From Ignavibacteriota bacterium (GTDB lineage Bacteria; Bacteroidota; Ignavibacteria; UBA10030; UBA6906), in the NCBI GenBank assembly GCA_963801355.1, contig CAWDEM010000008.1:1952001-2016000 (forward strand): DNA of 64,000 bases, given 5' to 3'. Positions 39,912-49,092 of the stretch are shown piece after piece (the stretch's first letter is position 1; the number at the start of each line of letters is the position of its first letter). The notes below the pieces were generated by a model that was not told where the DNA came from, searched no databases, and was given only the letters and a program-made list of their open reading frames with translations. The position numbers and the translations under genes were made by a program.

Positions 39912-41441
39912 TTAATGCTTCTGCGAGAACCAGAGAGGGAGATACGTGCGGGCACCGTATCCCGGTATGGCCAGTACGTTATCCACTTCTGCTGAATTGT
40001 CCGGGCCGTCGAGTGACGACCAGTGATGATAGTATCCCGCCGCCTGCACGAAAACGGTCCTGTGCATCCCATTTGCGAGCGACGGGACCGGATAGGAGAG
40101 GAGGACCGTGTCTCCCATCAGAGATGTGAGATAGCTGTCGTCCCGGTTCGCAACGAGCGGGGTGCAATCCGCTCCCCTTGAACCGGTCGCTGTCGCTGCA
40201 CGTACCGTCACACACTTCACTGGCATGTCTATCGACTCATCCACCCCGATCTGGTCTATGCGCCAGAGATCTGCCGTGCATTCAAGTCGGACGCGGAGTA
40301 CGCGTGCCCCGGGAGAAGGTACCGGCACGACGAGGATCTGTTCCTTCAGCAACTCTTCACCGGAGTCCATGAACACACCGGCCTTCTGCCACTCCGTGCC
40401 ATCCCAGACACTGACATGGAGCAAGCCCTCGCGCAGGAGAAACCCGCGCATCTGGTTCCCCTTGGCGGGGTCGTGCTCCAGCCTTCGAATCCATTGGGCG
40501 TATCCGCTGCCGCAAAGCTCTGAAAGTCGGTTGAATGTGAAAGAGGGCAGGAGCGTATTTTGTCCTCGCATCAGCAACTTCACCGATCCGGAGTTGCTCT
40601 TCAACTGGAACTCCGCCTCGAGCCGGTCGGTGAATTCCTCGGAATCGCCCTCCGACCCAACGTGCTTTTGACTTTCCCACAGGAGCCCGTCAGGTTCCCT
40701 CACAACTTCAAGCACCGACCCGGCGTTTCCATCGACACACTTCACGGGAGGCAGCAACGACGTAACGGTGTGGAACACTCCATCGGCTGAAGCCAGGACC
40801 TGAACATCATCCTGAACATCGACAGCGGAGAGTGTGAGTTCATTCACATAGTCTGTCTCCAGCCGCTCATTCATCAGTTTGATCAGATATTCGCCGTTGG
40901 ACGGCTCGATGTGCTCCAGGCGGTCGATCACCCTCCGTTCAGCGCCTTTATATATAGAGCCGGCAAAGGTCTCAGACGAAAGGACGAATCGGGATCCATC
41001 GAATGCGTAGACGAATGGACATGACCGAGTTTGTGGGTATGTAATATGATCAGTTGCCTCAAGGCCGTTTGTCGTCTGGAAGGCCGTTGCTACGAGACCG
41101 ACGGTTGAGCCGACGAGGCCAGCAAATACCACGGATTTGAAGAAATTGCCCTCTTTCAGATAAAGGTAGTCGATGGAATCGAGCGGGATTTGTCCGTCAT
41201 ATACAACATCCTCACCCTTCTGTAGCAGGCCTGCGAATTCCAATGTGCTATCCCTGAGAGTGTAGCGATCCAACCTGTATTCAGAACCATCGCGTGTGAT
41301 CACCACGAGCGGCTGCTGTTCTACACGCGGGCTGAGGTCAGAACGATTTGTTACCTCCCGGTACGTGTAGAGATAGGAACAGCCGGACATCGCCAGGAGT
41401 GCAGCAACGCTGGCAGCGACAACGAGATTCTGGATCATCAT
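39912..41441 (-). CDS. Lipoprotein of unknown function with an SCPFVY-type domain
   Basis: Lipobox LAMSGC; internal hydrophobic helix; SCPFVYAFDG...NERLETDY motif. Confidence 0.75.
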   Translation of the reverse strand: MMIQNLVVAASVAALLAMSGCSYLYTYREVTNRSDLSPRVEQQPLVVITRDGSEYRLDRYTLRDSTLEFAGLLQKGEDVVYDGQIPLDSIDYLYLKEGNFFKSVVFAGLVGSTVGLVATAFQTTNGLEATDHITYPQTRSCPFVYAFDGSRFVLSSETFAGSIYKGAERRVIDRLEHIEPSNGEYLIKLMNERLETDYVNELTLSAVDVQDDVQVLASADGVFHTVTSLLPPVKCVDGNAGSVLEVVREPDGLLWESQKHVGSEGDSEEFTDRLEAEFQLKSNSGSVKLLMRGQNTLLPSFTFNRLSELCGSGYAQWIRRLEHDPAKGNQMRGFLLREGLLHVSVWDGTEWQKAGVFMDSGEELLKEQILVVPVPSPGARVLRVRLECTADLWRIDQIGVDESIDMPVKCVTVRAATATGSRGADCTPLVANRDDSYLTSLMGDTVLLSYPVPSLANGMHRTVFVQAAGYYHHWSSLDGPDNSAEVDNVLAIPGYGARTYLPLWFSQKH

Positions 41442-42205
41442 GGCGTTGGCCCTCCTGAAAAGTGAAACAGGATTCTTGCGCCAGCCGAGAAACTGGAGAA
41501 ATTGGCGCTGCCGCGGTGGGAATTGGACGTGGAAGGCTGCACAAGATAGTAGGACCCGTCCAGAATCACCGAAAAATCCTCTATGAGTTCCAACTCCACC
41601 CCTCCACGAAGAAATCCCCCAAACTGCTGAGCCTCCATGTTGACCCCGCTGAGAATCCTGCCATTCCCCAGGGCGGCGTCATATTTCGCAGCGACGGTCG
41701 TACGGAAGAAGACAATCCCGGGACCGACGAAGCACTGGAAGAAGTTGTTGCCGGCAAACGACGGCATGTAGTATATGCCCAAGGTGCCCGCATAGATCCT
41801 GCTCTTCTCCTCGAAATTCCATCCACCTTCAAGATTCACCCGGAACTTCGAGGAGAAATCTATGCCGAATGAGACCCACATGAGCGGCGATGGAGTGAGT
41901 GTCAGAATGCCCTTGCCGACCTCAATCTCTCGCTTGAGATAGCTCTCCTCCCTGTCTCTCAACACTTGCTGAAGCCCATCAAAGTTTGGGCTGTAGCTTG
42001 TGATCCCGATTGTTCCGAACAGGTGCGGGTAGAAGCGCTTCTCGACGCGATCATGCCGGAATGCGTGGGGCAAGAATTCCGACTGCTCGCGAGATGCTCC
42101 TGCCACCGTTCCGGGACCTCTTTTGAGAGAGTCTCCCTTGCTGTATTGTGCATTTGCAGGAAACATCGCCGCACAGAGGAGGAGAAAAAGAAGGAGTGTT
42201 CGCAT
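41438..42205 (-). CDS. Small outer-membrane beta-barrel protein (OmpW/OmpA-barrel-like)
   Basis: Signal peptide; amphipathic strands ending FSAGARILFHF; 4-nt overlap with the lipoprotein gene. Confidence 0.65.
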   Translation of the reverse strand: MRTLLLFLLLCAAMFPANAQYSKGDSLKRGPGTVAGASREQSEFLPHAFRHDRVEKRFYPHLFGTIGITSYSPNFDGLQQVLRDREESYLKREIEVGKGILTLTPSPLMWVSFGIDFSSKFRVNLEGGWNFEEKSRIYAGTLGIYYMPSFAGNNFFQCFVGPGIVFFRTTVAAKYDAALGNGRILSGVNMEAQQFGGFLRGGVELELIEDFSVILDGSYYLVQPSTSNSHRGSANFSSFSAGARILFHFSGGPTP

Positions 42206-42276
42206 CGCGCACCTCTATTTCAAAAAGCATCACCCACCAATCTGGCCGCTTCCTCTTGCATCAGGAATCACATGCA

Positions 42277-42318
42277 AATGTAGCCCGCGGCTCCGGCTTC
42301 CATGTCACGGAAATGTCA
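42277..42318 (-). promoter_or_regulatory. Activator-type promoter C: direct-repeat box + -10
   Basis: Minus strand TGACA-TTTCCG-TGACA-N20-TACATT. Confidence 0.75.
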
Positions 42319-42381
42319 AAGGACTTACATATTCTGTTTGGGGAGTACAAGTGGCCTTCGGATGTCCCCCTGGCAGGAAGG

Positions 42382-42485
42382 TCAGGCTAAAAAGTCCCAG
42401 AATCAAGCCTGGGGAAAACCTCAGGCTTTTTTGTAAGGCTTTCTTGTCAGGGAAAAAACTCAGGCTATTTTGTCAGGCTTTTTTC
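42382..42485. repeat. Degenerate 13-bp tandem array (TCAGGCTTTTTTG-like, 8 in-phase units)
   Basis: tcaggctaaaaag / tcccagaatcaag / cctggggaaaacc / tcaggcttttttg / taaggctttcttg / tcagggaaaaaac / tcaggctattttg / tcaggcttttttc. Confidence 0.75.
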
Positions 42486-42517
42486 TATGTCCCAGGCTTC
42501 ATTTTATGTCCAATACT

Positions 42518-42559
42518 TGACGAATCTTTGACAACCCTCCCCCCCGGAACGCCTAATTT
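42518..42559 (+). promoter_or_regulatory. Activator-type promoter A: direct-repeat box + -10
   Basis: TGACG-AATCTT-TGACA-N20-TAATTT, upstream of RBS GAGGAG and ATG 42588. Confidence 0.75.
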
Positions 42560-42587
42560 ATCATCAGGAAATTAGAGGAGCTCAGCA

Positions 42588-43547
42588 ATGGAATCTCAAA
42601 TCACCACCCTCCGCGCTATGTGGATCACCATGCGCCCGTATCTGCTATTCGTTTCAGGGATTACGGGTATCGCCGGAATGGCGCTCAGCTCCACTACATC
42701 GGCTTTGCCGCTCTTCTCTGTATTCATCGCGTCATTCTTTGCCTACGGCTTTGGCCAGGCACTCACCGATTGCTTCCAGACCGACACCGATTCGATCTCT
42801 GCCCCTTACCGGCCGCTCGCAGCCGGTAAAGTCTCGCGCACGGCCATTCTCGTCATGAGCCTCCTCGGCCTCACAGCATGCGTCACCATTCTGGCCCTCA
42901 GAAATCCCTGGAACCTCGCCATCGGTCTCACAGGCGCCGCTGGACTCGCAACGTATACCACATTCAAACGGCGCTGGTGGGGTGGACCCTGGTACAATGC
43001 CTGGATCGTGGCCGGTCTTTGTGTCATGGGATTTCTCGGCGCAAACGGCGAAACACCGGCCCTGTTTCCGGCCGCCTTTCTCCCTATGCTTGCCACCGTC
43101 TTCTTCGGCTACGCCAACTTCGTCCTTTCAGGATATTTCAAGGACATCCGGGCTGATGCTGCCACCGGGTACTTGACATTTCCCGTGACCTTCGGGCGCC
43201 GGCCAGCCGCGATCGCCAGCGACCTTCTCGCCGTGCTCTTCCTGGCCTCGTCGGTCTGGGTCGCCATCATTGTGCTGGGCTCGACACAGCCCGAATCTTC
43301 TCATTTTTGGGCGCTGATCTTCGCCGTCCCCGGTGTCACGTATCTCGTGACTGCACAGATCCGGCTCCACCGGAATCGCACGGATCAGGAGGCATACGCG
43401 CCAATCCTCCGCGTGGTCCACGCATACATACTTGTCCTTTCTGCGCTGGCCTCGCTGCTGCATCCGGGATGGACTGTACTGCTTGTCATCCACTACACTC
43501 TCTTTGTTTTCGTTCTCTCCCGCCGCCCGGAGGTATCACAGATATGA
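42588..43547 (+). CDS. UbiA-superfamily prenyltransferase (chlorophyll synthase/DGGGP synthase-like)
   Basis: MRP start, multiple TMs, Asp motifs TDCFQTDTDSISAPYRPLAAG and FKDIRADAATG. Confidence 0.85.
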   Translation: MESQITTLRAMWITMRPYLLFVSGITGIAGMALSSTTSALPLFSVFIASFFAYGFGQALTDCFQTDTDSISAPYRPLAAGKVSRTAILVMSLLGLTACVTILALRNPWNLAIGLTGAAGLATYTTFKRRWWGGPWYNAWIVAGLCVMGFLGANGETPALFPAAFLPMLATVFFGYANFVLSGYFKDIRADAATGYLTFPVTFGRRPAAIASDLLAVLFLASSVWVAIIVLGSTQPESSHFWALIFAVPGVTYLVTAQIRLHRNRTDQEAYAPILRVVHAYILVLSALASLLHPGWTVLLVIHYTLFVFVLSRRPEVSQI

Positions 43548-44470
43548 TGATTCTGCTCAATCCACGGGCAGCGGGAGGAAAGGCGCCGGAAAAATGGCGC
43601 AGGATCTCTGCAGTCCTCCCACCCCACCGGGAGAGAATTGAATTTTGTTTTCTGAATTCGCACACGGACGTGGACGAGCTCGTGGAAAGAGCTGCCAAGC
43701 AGGGAGAATTGCACTATGTTGCCGCCGGAGGGGACGGGACAGTCAATGCTGTGGTCAACGCCCTCATGCGCCTTCCAGACGGACTGCGCAAGCGGGTTGT
43801 GTTCGGGGCCGTAGGACTGGGTTCCAGCAACGACTTTCACAAGCCTTTTGACACCGACCATACCATCGAAGGTGTCCCTGCAAGGTTGAACTTCGCGCGT
43901 CCAACATGGCGCGATGTCGTCCGCGTGGGAACCTCATTCAACGGCCAATCGTCTGTGCACTATTTCCTGATCAATGCAAGTGCAGGTATTGCAGCCGAAG
44001 GGAATGCCCTTTTCAACAAACCGGATTTCCTTCTGGCATGGTTGAAGATGCATGCTACGCCGCTGGCGATCCTGTATGCTGCGCTTCGTGCACTTGCATT
44101 CCACCGGAACCGTCCGCTCACCATCGAATCACCGGGGCATCCGGCGCAGCAATACCGCCTGACAAATCTCGGCATCGTCAAGAATCCTCATTTCTCGGGC
44201 TCACTGCGCTACGATATGCCGGCTCTCTATGACAACGGCAGCATGGGCGTGTTCGTAGCAGAAGAGATGAACCTGTGTGAACGCATTCGTCTCCTCCGGG
44301 CCCTATCATGTGGCGACTTCGGCCGCCTTGCGAAAACGCACACATGGCAGGCTTCTCATTTGACCATTGCAGCTCCGTCATGCTTTCCCCTGGAGCTTGA
44401 CGGTGAAATCCATCAGGCCAGTCGCGCCGAATTTTCCGTATTGCCCCGAATCCTACAGGTGTGCTCATGA
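43544..44470 (+). CDS. Diacylglycerol/sphingosine kinase family (YegS/DAGK_cat) lipid kinase
   Basis: LNPRAAGG, AAGGDGT, GLGSSNDF, LDGE; ATGA overlap with ubiA-like gene. Confidence 0.88.
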   Translation: MMILLNPRAAGGKAPEKWRRISAVLPPHRERIEFCFLNSHTDVDELVERAAKQGELHYVAAGGDGTVNAVVNALMRLPDGLRKRVVFGAVGLGSSNDFHKPFDTDHTIEGVPARLNFARPTWRDVVRVGTSFNGQSSVHYFLINASAGIAAEGNALFNKPDFLLAWLKMHATPLAILYAALRALAFHRNRPLTIESPGHPAQQYRLTNLGIVKNPHFSGSLRYDMPALYDNGSMGVFVAEEMNLCERIRLLRALSCGDFGRLAKTHTWQASHLTIAAPSCFPLELDGEIHQASRAEFSVLPRILQVCS

Positions 44471-45519
44471 TGCAACAGATACATGAAAATAGCTTCATCG
44501 CCCGTCTGGCATCATTCCTGCCTCATCAGCCGGCTCAGCTGAACGGTCTCCAGGAAAGCGATGCCGAGTTAATACGATTGCCCGGGGATGCACATCACAT
44601 CCTCGCCGTCACCACAGACGCAATAGTTGAAGAAATCGAGGCCGGTCTCTATGCCGACCCCTACCTCATCGGCTGGATGACCGTGATGTCAAATCTGAGC
44701 GATCTCGCGGCCGTCGGCGCGGAATCGATCGGACTCCTCGTGGCTGAGACACTCCCGCACGATGCTGCCGAGGAGGATCTCATAGCCCTCCAGACTGGGA
44801 TCCGCGATGCGTGCGTACGGTGTGGCACCTTCGTCCTGGGAGGAGACACCAACTTCAGCGACAGCTTCCGTACGACGGGAACGGCAATGGGGCTGATAAC
44901 GAATGGTTCACCTCTTATGCGCGTCCGATGTGCACCGGGCGAGATCCTGTACTGTACCGGCCGCCTCGGCACCGGGAATGCCTACGCCGCTCGCCAGCTC
45001 TCCGGAGACACACATCCAAATCCCACACTTTATCGCCCGGTCGCCCGCCTGCGGGAAGGCCTCTCTCTCCGCTCCGTTGCTTCCACCTGCATGGATTCCA
45101 GTGACGGCCTGTTTGCATCGCTCGATCAGCTCGGGCGGCTCAACAACTGCGGATTTCAATTGGAGATCGGGTGGGAGAACCAAATAGCGGATGAGGCGTC
45201 ACGTTTCGCAATGAGTTCCGGCCTGGATCCCTGGATGCTCTTTGCCGGTCCTCACGGAGAGTTCGAGCTGGTGTTCACAGTCCCGGAACCCCTTGTCGCG
45301 ACATTGCATCTGGCCGCCGCCAGGGCGGGATGGACTCCCATCCGGCTTGGTGTTGTGAGCGAAAACGCCGGTATCGGTCTGGGAGACTGGGGTCATTTTG
45401 ACCCGGAAGCCCTTGCTGCAATCAGAAACCACCATCTTCGTAGTAGTGCTGAAGTCCGCGCATTTCCTCGTTTTTTGGCAGTTCTGGCGGAAGGATGCAG
45501 GAATTCGACTGAAGGATGA
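44467..45519 (+). CDS. ThiL-like kinase (PurM/AIRS superfamily), divergent thiamine-monophosphate kinase homolog
   Basis: TTDAIVE, SNLSDLAAVGA, LGGDT, MDSSDGL, GEFELVF; ATGA overlap with DAGK gene. Confidence 0.8.
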   Translation: MMQQIHENSFIARLASFLPHQPAQLNGLQESDAELIRLPGDAHHILAVTTDAIVEEIEAGLYADPYLIGWMTVMSNLSDLAAVGAESIGLLVAETLPHDAAEEDLIALQTGIRDACVRCGTFVLGGDTNFSDSFRTTGTAMGLITNGSPLMRVRCAPGEILYCTGRLGTGNAYAARQLSGDTHPNPTLYRPVARLREGLSLRSVASTCMDSSDGLFASLDQLGRLNNCGFQLEIGWENQIADEASRFAMSSGLDPWMLFAGPHGEFELVFTVPEPLVATLHLAAARAGWTPIRLGVVSENAGIGLGDWGHFDPEALAAIRNHHLRSSAEVRAFPRFLAVLAEGCRNSTEG

Positions 45520-45558
45520 CAAAACGGTGACATCTCCCCGCCCCCCATGGCGTAACTT
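45517..45558 (+). promoter_or_regulatory. Activator-type promoter B: direct-repeat box + -10
   Basis: TGACA-AAACGG-TGACA-N20-TAACTT before ATG 45587. Confidence 0.75.
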
Positions 45559-45586
45559 GCAGTAGTTACACAACGGGAGATCGAAC

Positions 45587-46906
45587 ATGAAGACCGATGG
45601 TGTCTATCAGGGTGGAGAGAATTTCGACCTACGCGACGTCCTGCTGAAAGGACGATCGCTTCCCCTTTCCGAGCGAACCGCCTTTTTCCAGAGTTTCCTG
45701 CAGGATGTGAGGCAGCGTGAAGAAAACCTCTGTATGCGGTGCCTCACCTCGCCCTCAGACCGCGAAGTCACGATTCTGGATCCCTCGTCAGGTACCGAAC
45801 GGAAGATGCTCATGTTCGGCTCAAACAACTATTTGGGCCTTGCCACACACCCACATGTCATCCGGCAGACGGCAGCGGCGGTGCAGAGGTATGGCGCGGG
45901 TTTGGGCGGGCCGCCACTCCTCAACGGATATACCGCGCTGCACCGGGAGCTCGAAGAGCGCCTCGCCGCACTGAAGGGAACAGAGGATGCGATGATTTAC
46001 TCGAGCGGTTATGGCGCAAATGTCGGCCTGGTGTCCGGGTTGACGGGAAAGTCGGATATCATATTGTACGACGCCTACAGCCATGCGTCCTTCTGCGATG
46101 GCATTGCACTGTCCGGTGCACAATCGTTTCTCTTCTCGCACAACGATCTCTCGCATCTGACCATGTTGCTGGATCGTGCCCGCACCCGTCCGCATAACGA
46201 CATCTACGTCGGCGTGGAAGGTGTCTATTCGATGGATGGGGATCTGGCGCCGCTGAACAGAATCCTCGAGCTCTGTGATGCCTATGGGGCACATCTGATG
46301 CTTGATGACGCTCACGGCACAGGGGTGTTGGGAGGACACGGAAGAGGCAGCGCCGAACAGGCCGGGGTGGAAGGCCGTATTCCGATGACGATGGGAACAT
46401 TCAGCAAAGCATTCTCGGCCACGGGAGGATTCGTGGCTGCAAGCAAAGCAATCATCGATTACCTCAGGTACTTTGCGCGGTCGTATATGTTCTCTGCCTC
46501 GTTGCCGCCCGCAACGGTCGCAACGGTCATCGCCGGATTGGATGTCCTGGAACGTGAACCTGAAAGACTCCTGCGTCTCCACGAGAACGTAACATATGCC
46601 GCACAGCACCTCAGGAGGATGGGATTTGCCACTCCCGCGCAATCGGCAATTCTCCCTCTTCGCGTGCCGCAGGGGATGGACATTCGTCAGGCTTCCAGGG
46701 TATTCCATGAGAGGGGTATCTTCGTCAACTCTATCGAGTACCCTGCTGTCCCCGTATCCCAGCAGCGATTCCGCATCAGCATGATGGCAACGCACACGCA
46801 CGAGGATATTGACCGCCTGCTCGCGGTTGTCGAAGAAGTCTGGTCACTCCAGCGCCATGACATGAGGGAGGTTGCAGATGAAGCACATCAGCGCAATGCC
46901 GCATGA
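45587..46906 (+). CDS. PLP-dependent alpha-oxoamine synthase (serine palmitoyltransferase/Kbl/BioF family)
   Basis: GSNNYLGL, GYGAN, HAS, EGVYSMDGD, DDAHG, GTFSK (PLP Lys). Confidence 0.9.
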   Translation: MKTDGVYQGGENFDLRDVLLKGRSLPLSERTAFFQSFLQDVRQREENLCMRCLTSPSDREVTILDPSSGTERKMLMFGSNNYLGLATHPHVIRQTAAAVQRYGAGLGGPPLLNGYTALHRELEERLAALKGTEDAMIYSSGYGANVGLVSGLTGKSDIILYDAYSHASFCDGIALSGAQSFLFSHNDLSHLTMLLDRARTRPHNDIYVGVEGVYSMDGDLAPLNRILELCDAYGAHLMLDDAHGTGVLGGHGRGSAEQAGVEGRIPMTMGTFSKAFSATGGFVAASKAIIDYLRYFARSYMFSASLPPATVATVIAGLDVLEREPERLLRLHENVTYAAQHLRRMGFATPAQSAILPLRVPQGMDIRQASRVFHERGIFVNSIEYPAVPVSQQRFRISMMATHTHEDIDRLLAVVEEVWSLQRHDMREVADEAHQRNAA

Positions 46907-48308
46907 TCGGAAGAAACTCCTGATCATTGTCCTCTTTCAAAATCTTGGAGAAGACAACCCGTACTACGCACAGAGTCCTGCGCCGCCATTGCCCGGGATT
47001 CTCCTGGCTGCTCTCACGCCGGATATTGTGGACATCGAAGTCCTGCACGAGATGGTCCGCCCGATCGATTACAGCACCGATGCTGATTTCATCGCGCTCA
47101 GTTTCATGGACTACCTTTCGCCACACGCATACGACGTGGCTGCCCGGTTCCGGGCAATGGGAAAGGTTGTGGTCGGCGGAGGGAAATACGCGTCCACGTT
47201 TCCTGATGAAGTACAACCGCACTTTCATGCAATCCTCGTGGGAGAAGCACAGGAAGTGTGGCCGCAGATGGTCAGCGATATGGTCAACGGCACGCTCAAG
47301 GAACGGTACGAGGCGTCGGCATCACCGTCACTCGAGAATATACCCCCGCCCCGCTACGACCTTGTCGAGAAAGTGTATGCGACGCCCATCGTCACGGAAG
47401 CCACGCGAGGCTGCCCGCATCCCTGCACATACTGCCAGCTGAACATCAAGCGGATGCCCTTCCGCCAACGCCCGATTGCGGACGTCGTCCGTGACCTTTC
47501 AGCGACACAAGGCCTGCCGTGGTACAAGCGGAAAATGGCGATGCTATTGGATAACAATCTCGGCGGGGATCTTACCTACGCCAAGCAGCTGTTGCGTGCA
47601 ATTGCAGGGCTCCGGCTCTGGGGACTGGGCGTGCAGTTCAGCATCGAGTGCCTGCGGGATGATGATTTCATCGAGGCCCTGGCAGAGGCACGCTGCCGCA
47701 TGGCATTCATCGGCATGGAATCTCTTGAACCGAAGAGTCTCGCCGCCGTACAAAAGCGACAGAACAACGTCATGGAGTACCGGTCGATGTTTGAGCGGCT
47801 CCATCGGCGGGGAATACTGACATTTACCGGGTACATGTTTGCACTCGACGAAGACACGACGGAATACTACGACCGGCTCCCCGCACTTCTTGAAGAGGTC
47901 GGGACAACCGTGATCCTGCCGTCCATCGCCATCCCGCTGTACGGCACACCGCTGTACAGGACGGTCGTCGGCGAAGGACGTCTTGTTGACCGGGACCTGT
48001 CGCATTACGAGGGTGACCACATCGTATTCCGGCATAAGCATCTGAGCGAAACTCAGATCCATGAAGCGTATGCCCGGGTCACGATGGGCTTCTACGGCTG
48101 GAAGAACATTCTGAGCCGCTGGGCAAGGTTCATGGGAAAGCAGGAGAAACGGGGATCATGGCGCGCATTTGTCCTCCAACTTCTCATTCTCACATTCATT
48201 TACACGAAGCTGTCGATATTCCAGCGGCACCATGCATTGGTAAGAATCACAGGTGCAAGGAAAGAGGCGGAACCAGCAAGGAAGCAGGAAGAAAAGTTGG
48301 CGGCGTAG
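46878..48308 (+). CDS. B12-binding-domain radical SAM protein
   Basis: N-terminal Rossmann B12 domain (VVVGG), RGCPHPCTYC, IGMES, PLYGT. Confidence 0.88.
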   Translation: MKHISAMPHDRKKLLIIVLFQNLGEDNPYYAQSPAPPLPGILLAALTPDIVDIEVLHEMVRPIDYSTDADFIALSFMDYLSPHAYDVAARFRAMGKVVVGGGKYASTFPDEVQPHFHAILVGEAQEVWPQMVSDMVNGTLKERYEASASPSLENIPPPRYDLVEKVYATPIVTEATRGCPHPCTYCQLNIKRMPFRQRPIADVVRDLSATQGLPWYKRKMAMLLDNNLGGDLTYAKQLLRAIAGLRLWGLGVQFSIECLRDDDFIEALAEARCRMAFIGMESLEPKSLAAVQKRQNNVMEYRSMFERLHRRGILTFTGYMFALDEDTTEYYDRLPALLEEVGTTVILPSIAIPLYGTPLYRTVVGEGRLVDRDLSHYEGDHIVFRHKHLSETQIHEAYARVTMGFYGWKNILSRWARFMGKQEKRGSWRAFVLQLLILTFIYTKLSIFQRHHALVRITGARKEAEPARKQEEKLAA

Positions 48309-48414
48309 GTCCGACCCCAACCGATTGATGATTGTCACTAGTCTATTGACTATTGACAAGTGGTCCGGGTCTGACCCCTTGTGCATGGGGAAGACATAGG
48401 GGTTTGACCCCTAT
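48307..48414. repeat. Three REP-like GGGGTnnGACCCC palindromes between convergent genes
   Basis: AGGTCCGACCCC (48307), GGGTCTGACCCC (48367), ATAGGGGTTTGACCCCTAT (48396). Confidence 0.6.
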
Positions 48415-49091
48415 TTTTGAAATTTGTACCCTGCTGTATGCACCGTGATAATGTGCCTGGGTTTCGTCGCATCGTCCTCGAGTTTCTTCCGGAGAGCCAG
48501 GATATAATTGTCGACCGTCCGTGTCGTGGGAAAGGTTTCGTACCCCCACACCTGGTTCAGCAGCATGCCACGCGTGACCACTTCTCCCTCGTGCTGCACG
48601 AGAAACTTCAGCACTGAGTATTCGCGCACGGAGAGCTTTACCTTCCTTCCTTTCCGCGTCGCCTCCTGTCGGACGAAGTCGACTTCCACCTCTCCGAATG
48701 AGCACGTTTCAATGTCCTTCGTCAATCCCCCCTTACGCCTCAGAAGGGCCCTGACCCGGGCGAGCAGTTCGCGGACGGAAAACGGCTTCGTCATATAGTC
48801 ATCGGCACCCATTTCCAGCCCGAGCACCTTGTCCATCTCCATCCCCTTGGACGTGAGCATCATAATCGGGGTGGATACGCCGCTCCCGCGCAGCTCTTTG
48901 CACACATCCTCCCCGTTGATGTCCGGAAGACCCAGATCCAGGATGATCAGGTCGACGTGTTCATTGCGTCCCAGGGCAAGACCGCGTGCGCCGTTGGGAG
49001 CCGTCAGAACCGTGTAGTGTTCCTTCTCCAGAACGTCCTGCAGCCCCAGCTGAATGGAAGCATCATCTTCAACGATGAGTATGGTCTTCAT
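48411..49091 (-). CDS. OmpR/PhoB-family response regulator
   Basis: ATG 49091 MKTILIVEDD, LDLGLP, GADDYMTKPF, wHTH TRTVDNYILALRKKLE. Confidence 0.95.
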   Translation of the reverse strand: MKTILIVEDDASIQLGLQDVLEKEHYTVLTAPNGARGLALGRNEHVDLIILDLGLPDINGEDVCKELRGSGVSTPIMMLTSKGMEMDKVLGLEMGADDYMTKPFSVRELLARVRALLRRKGGLTKDIETCSFGEVEVDFVRQEATRKGRKVKLSVREYSVLKFLVQHEGEVVTRGMLLNQVWGYETFPTTRTVDNYILALRKKLEDDATKPRHIITVHTAGYKFQK

Positions 49092-49092
49092 G

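Noticed and set aside
42031-42042. AGAAGCGCTTCT, similar to the LacI operator
   Set aside because: Inside a CDS unrelated to the starch locus; a chance palindrome is likely.
42382-42485. Possible CRISPR array or iterons
   Set aside because: Units are contiguous degenerate 13-mers with no unique spacers; no cas or rep gene nearby.
44467-46906. Calling these genes thiL and bioF/spt outright
   Set aside because: Family motifs are clear but substrate specificity cannot be read from sequence, and the context argues against plain cofactor biosynthesis.
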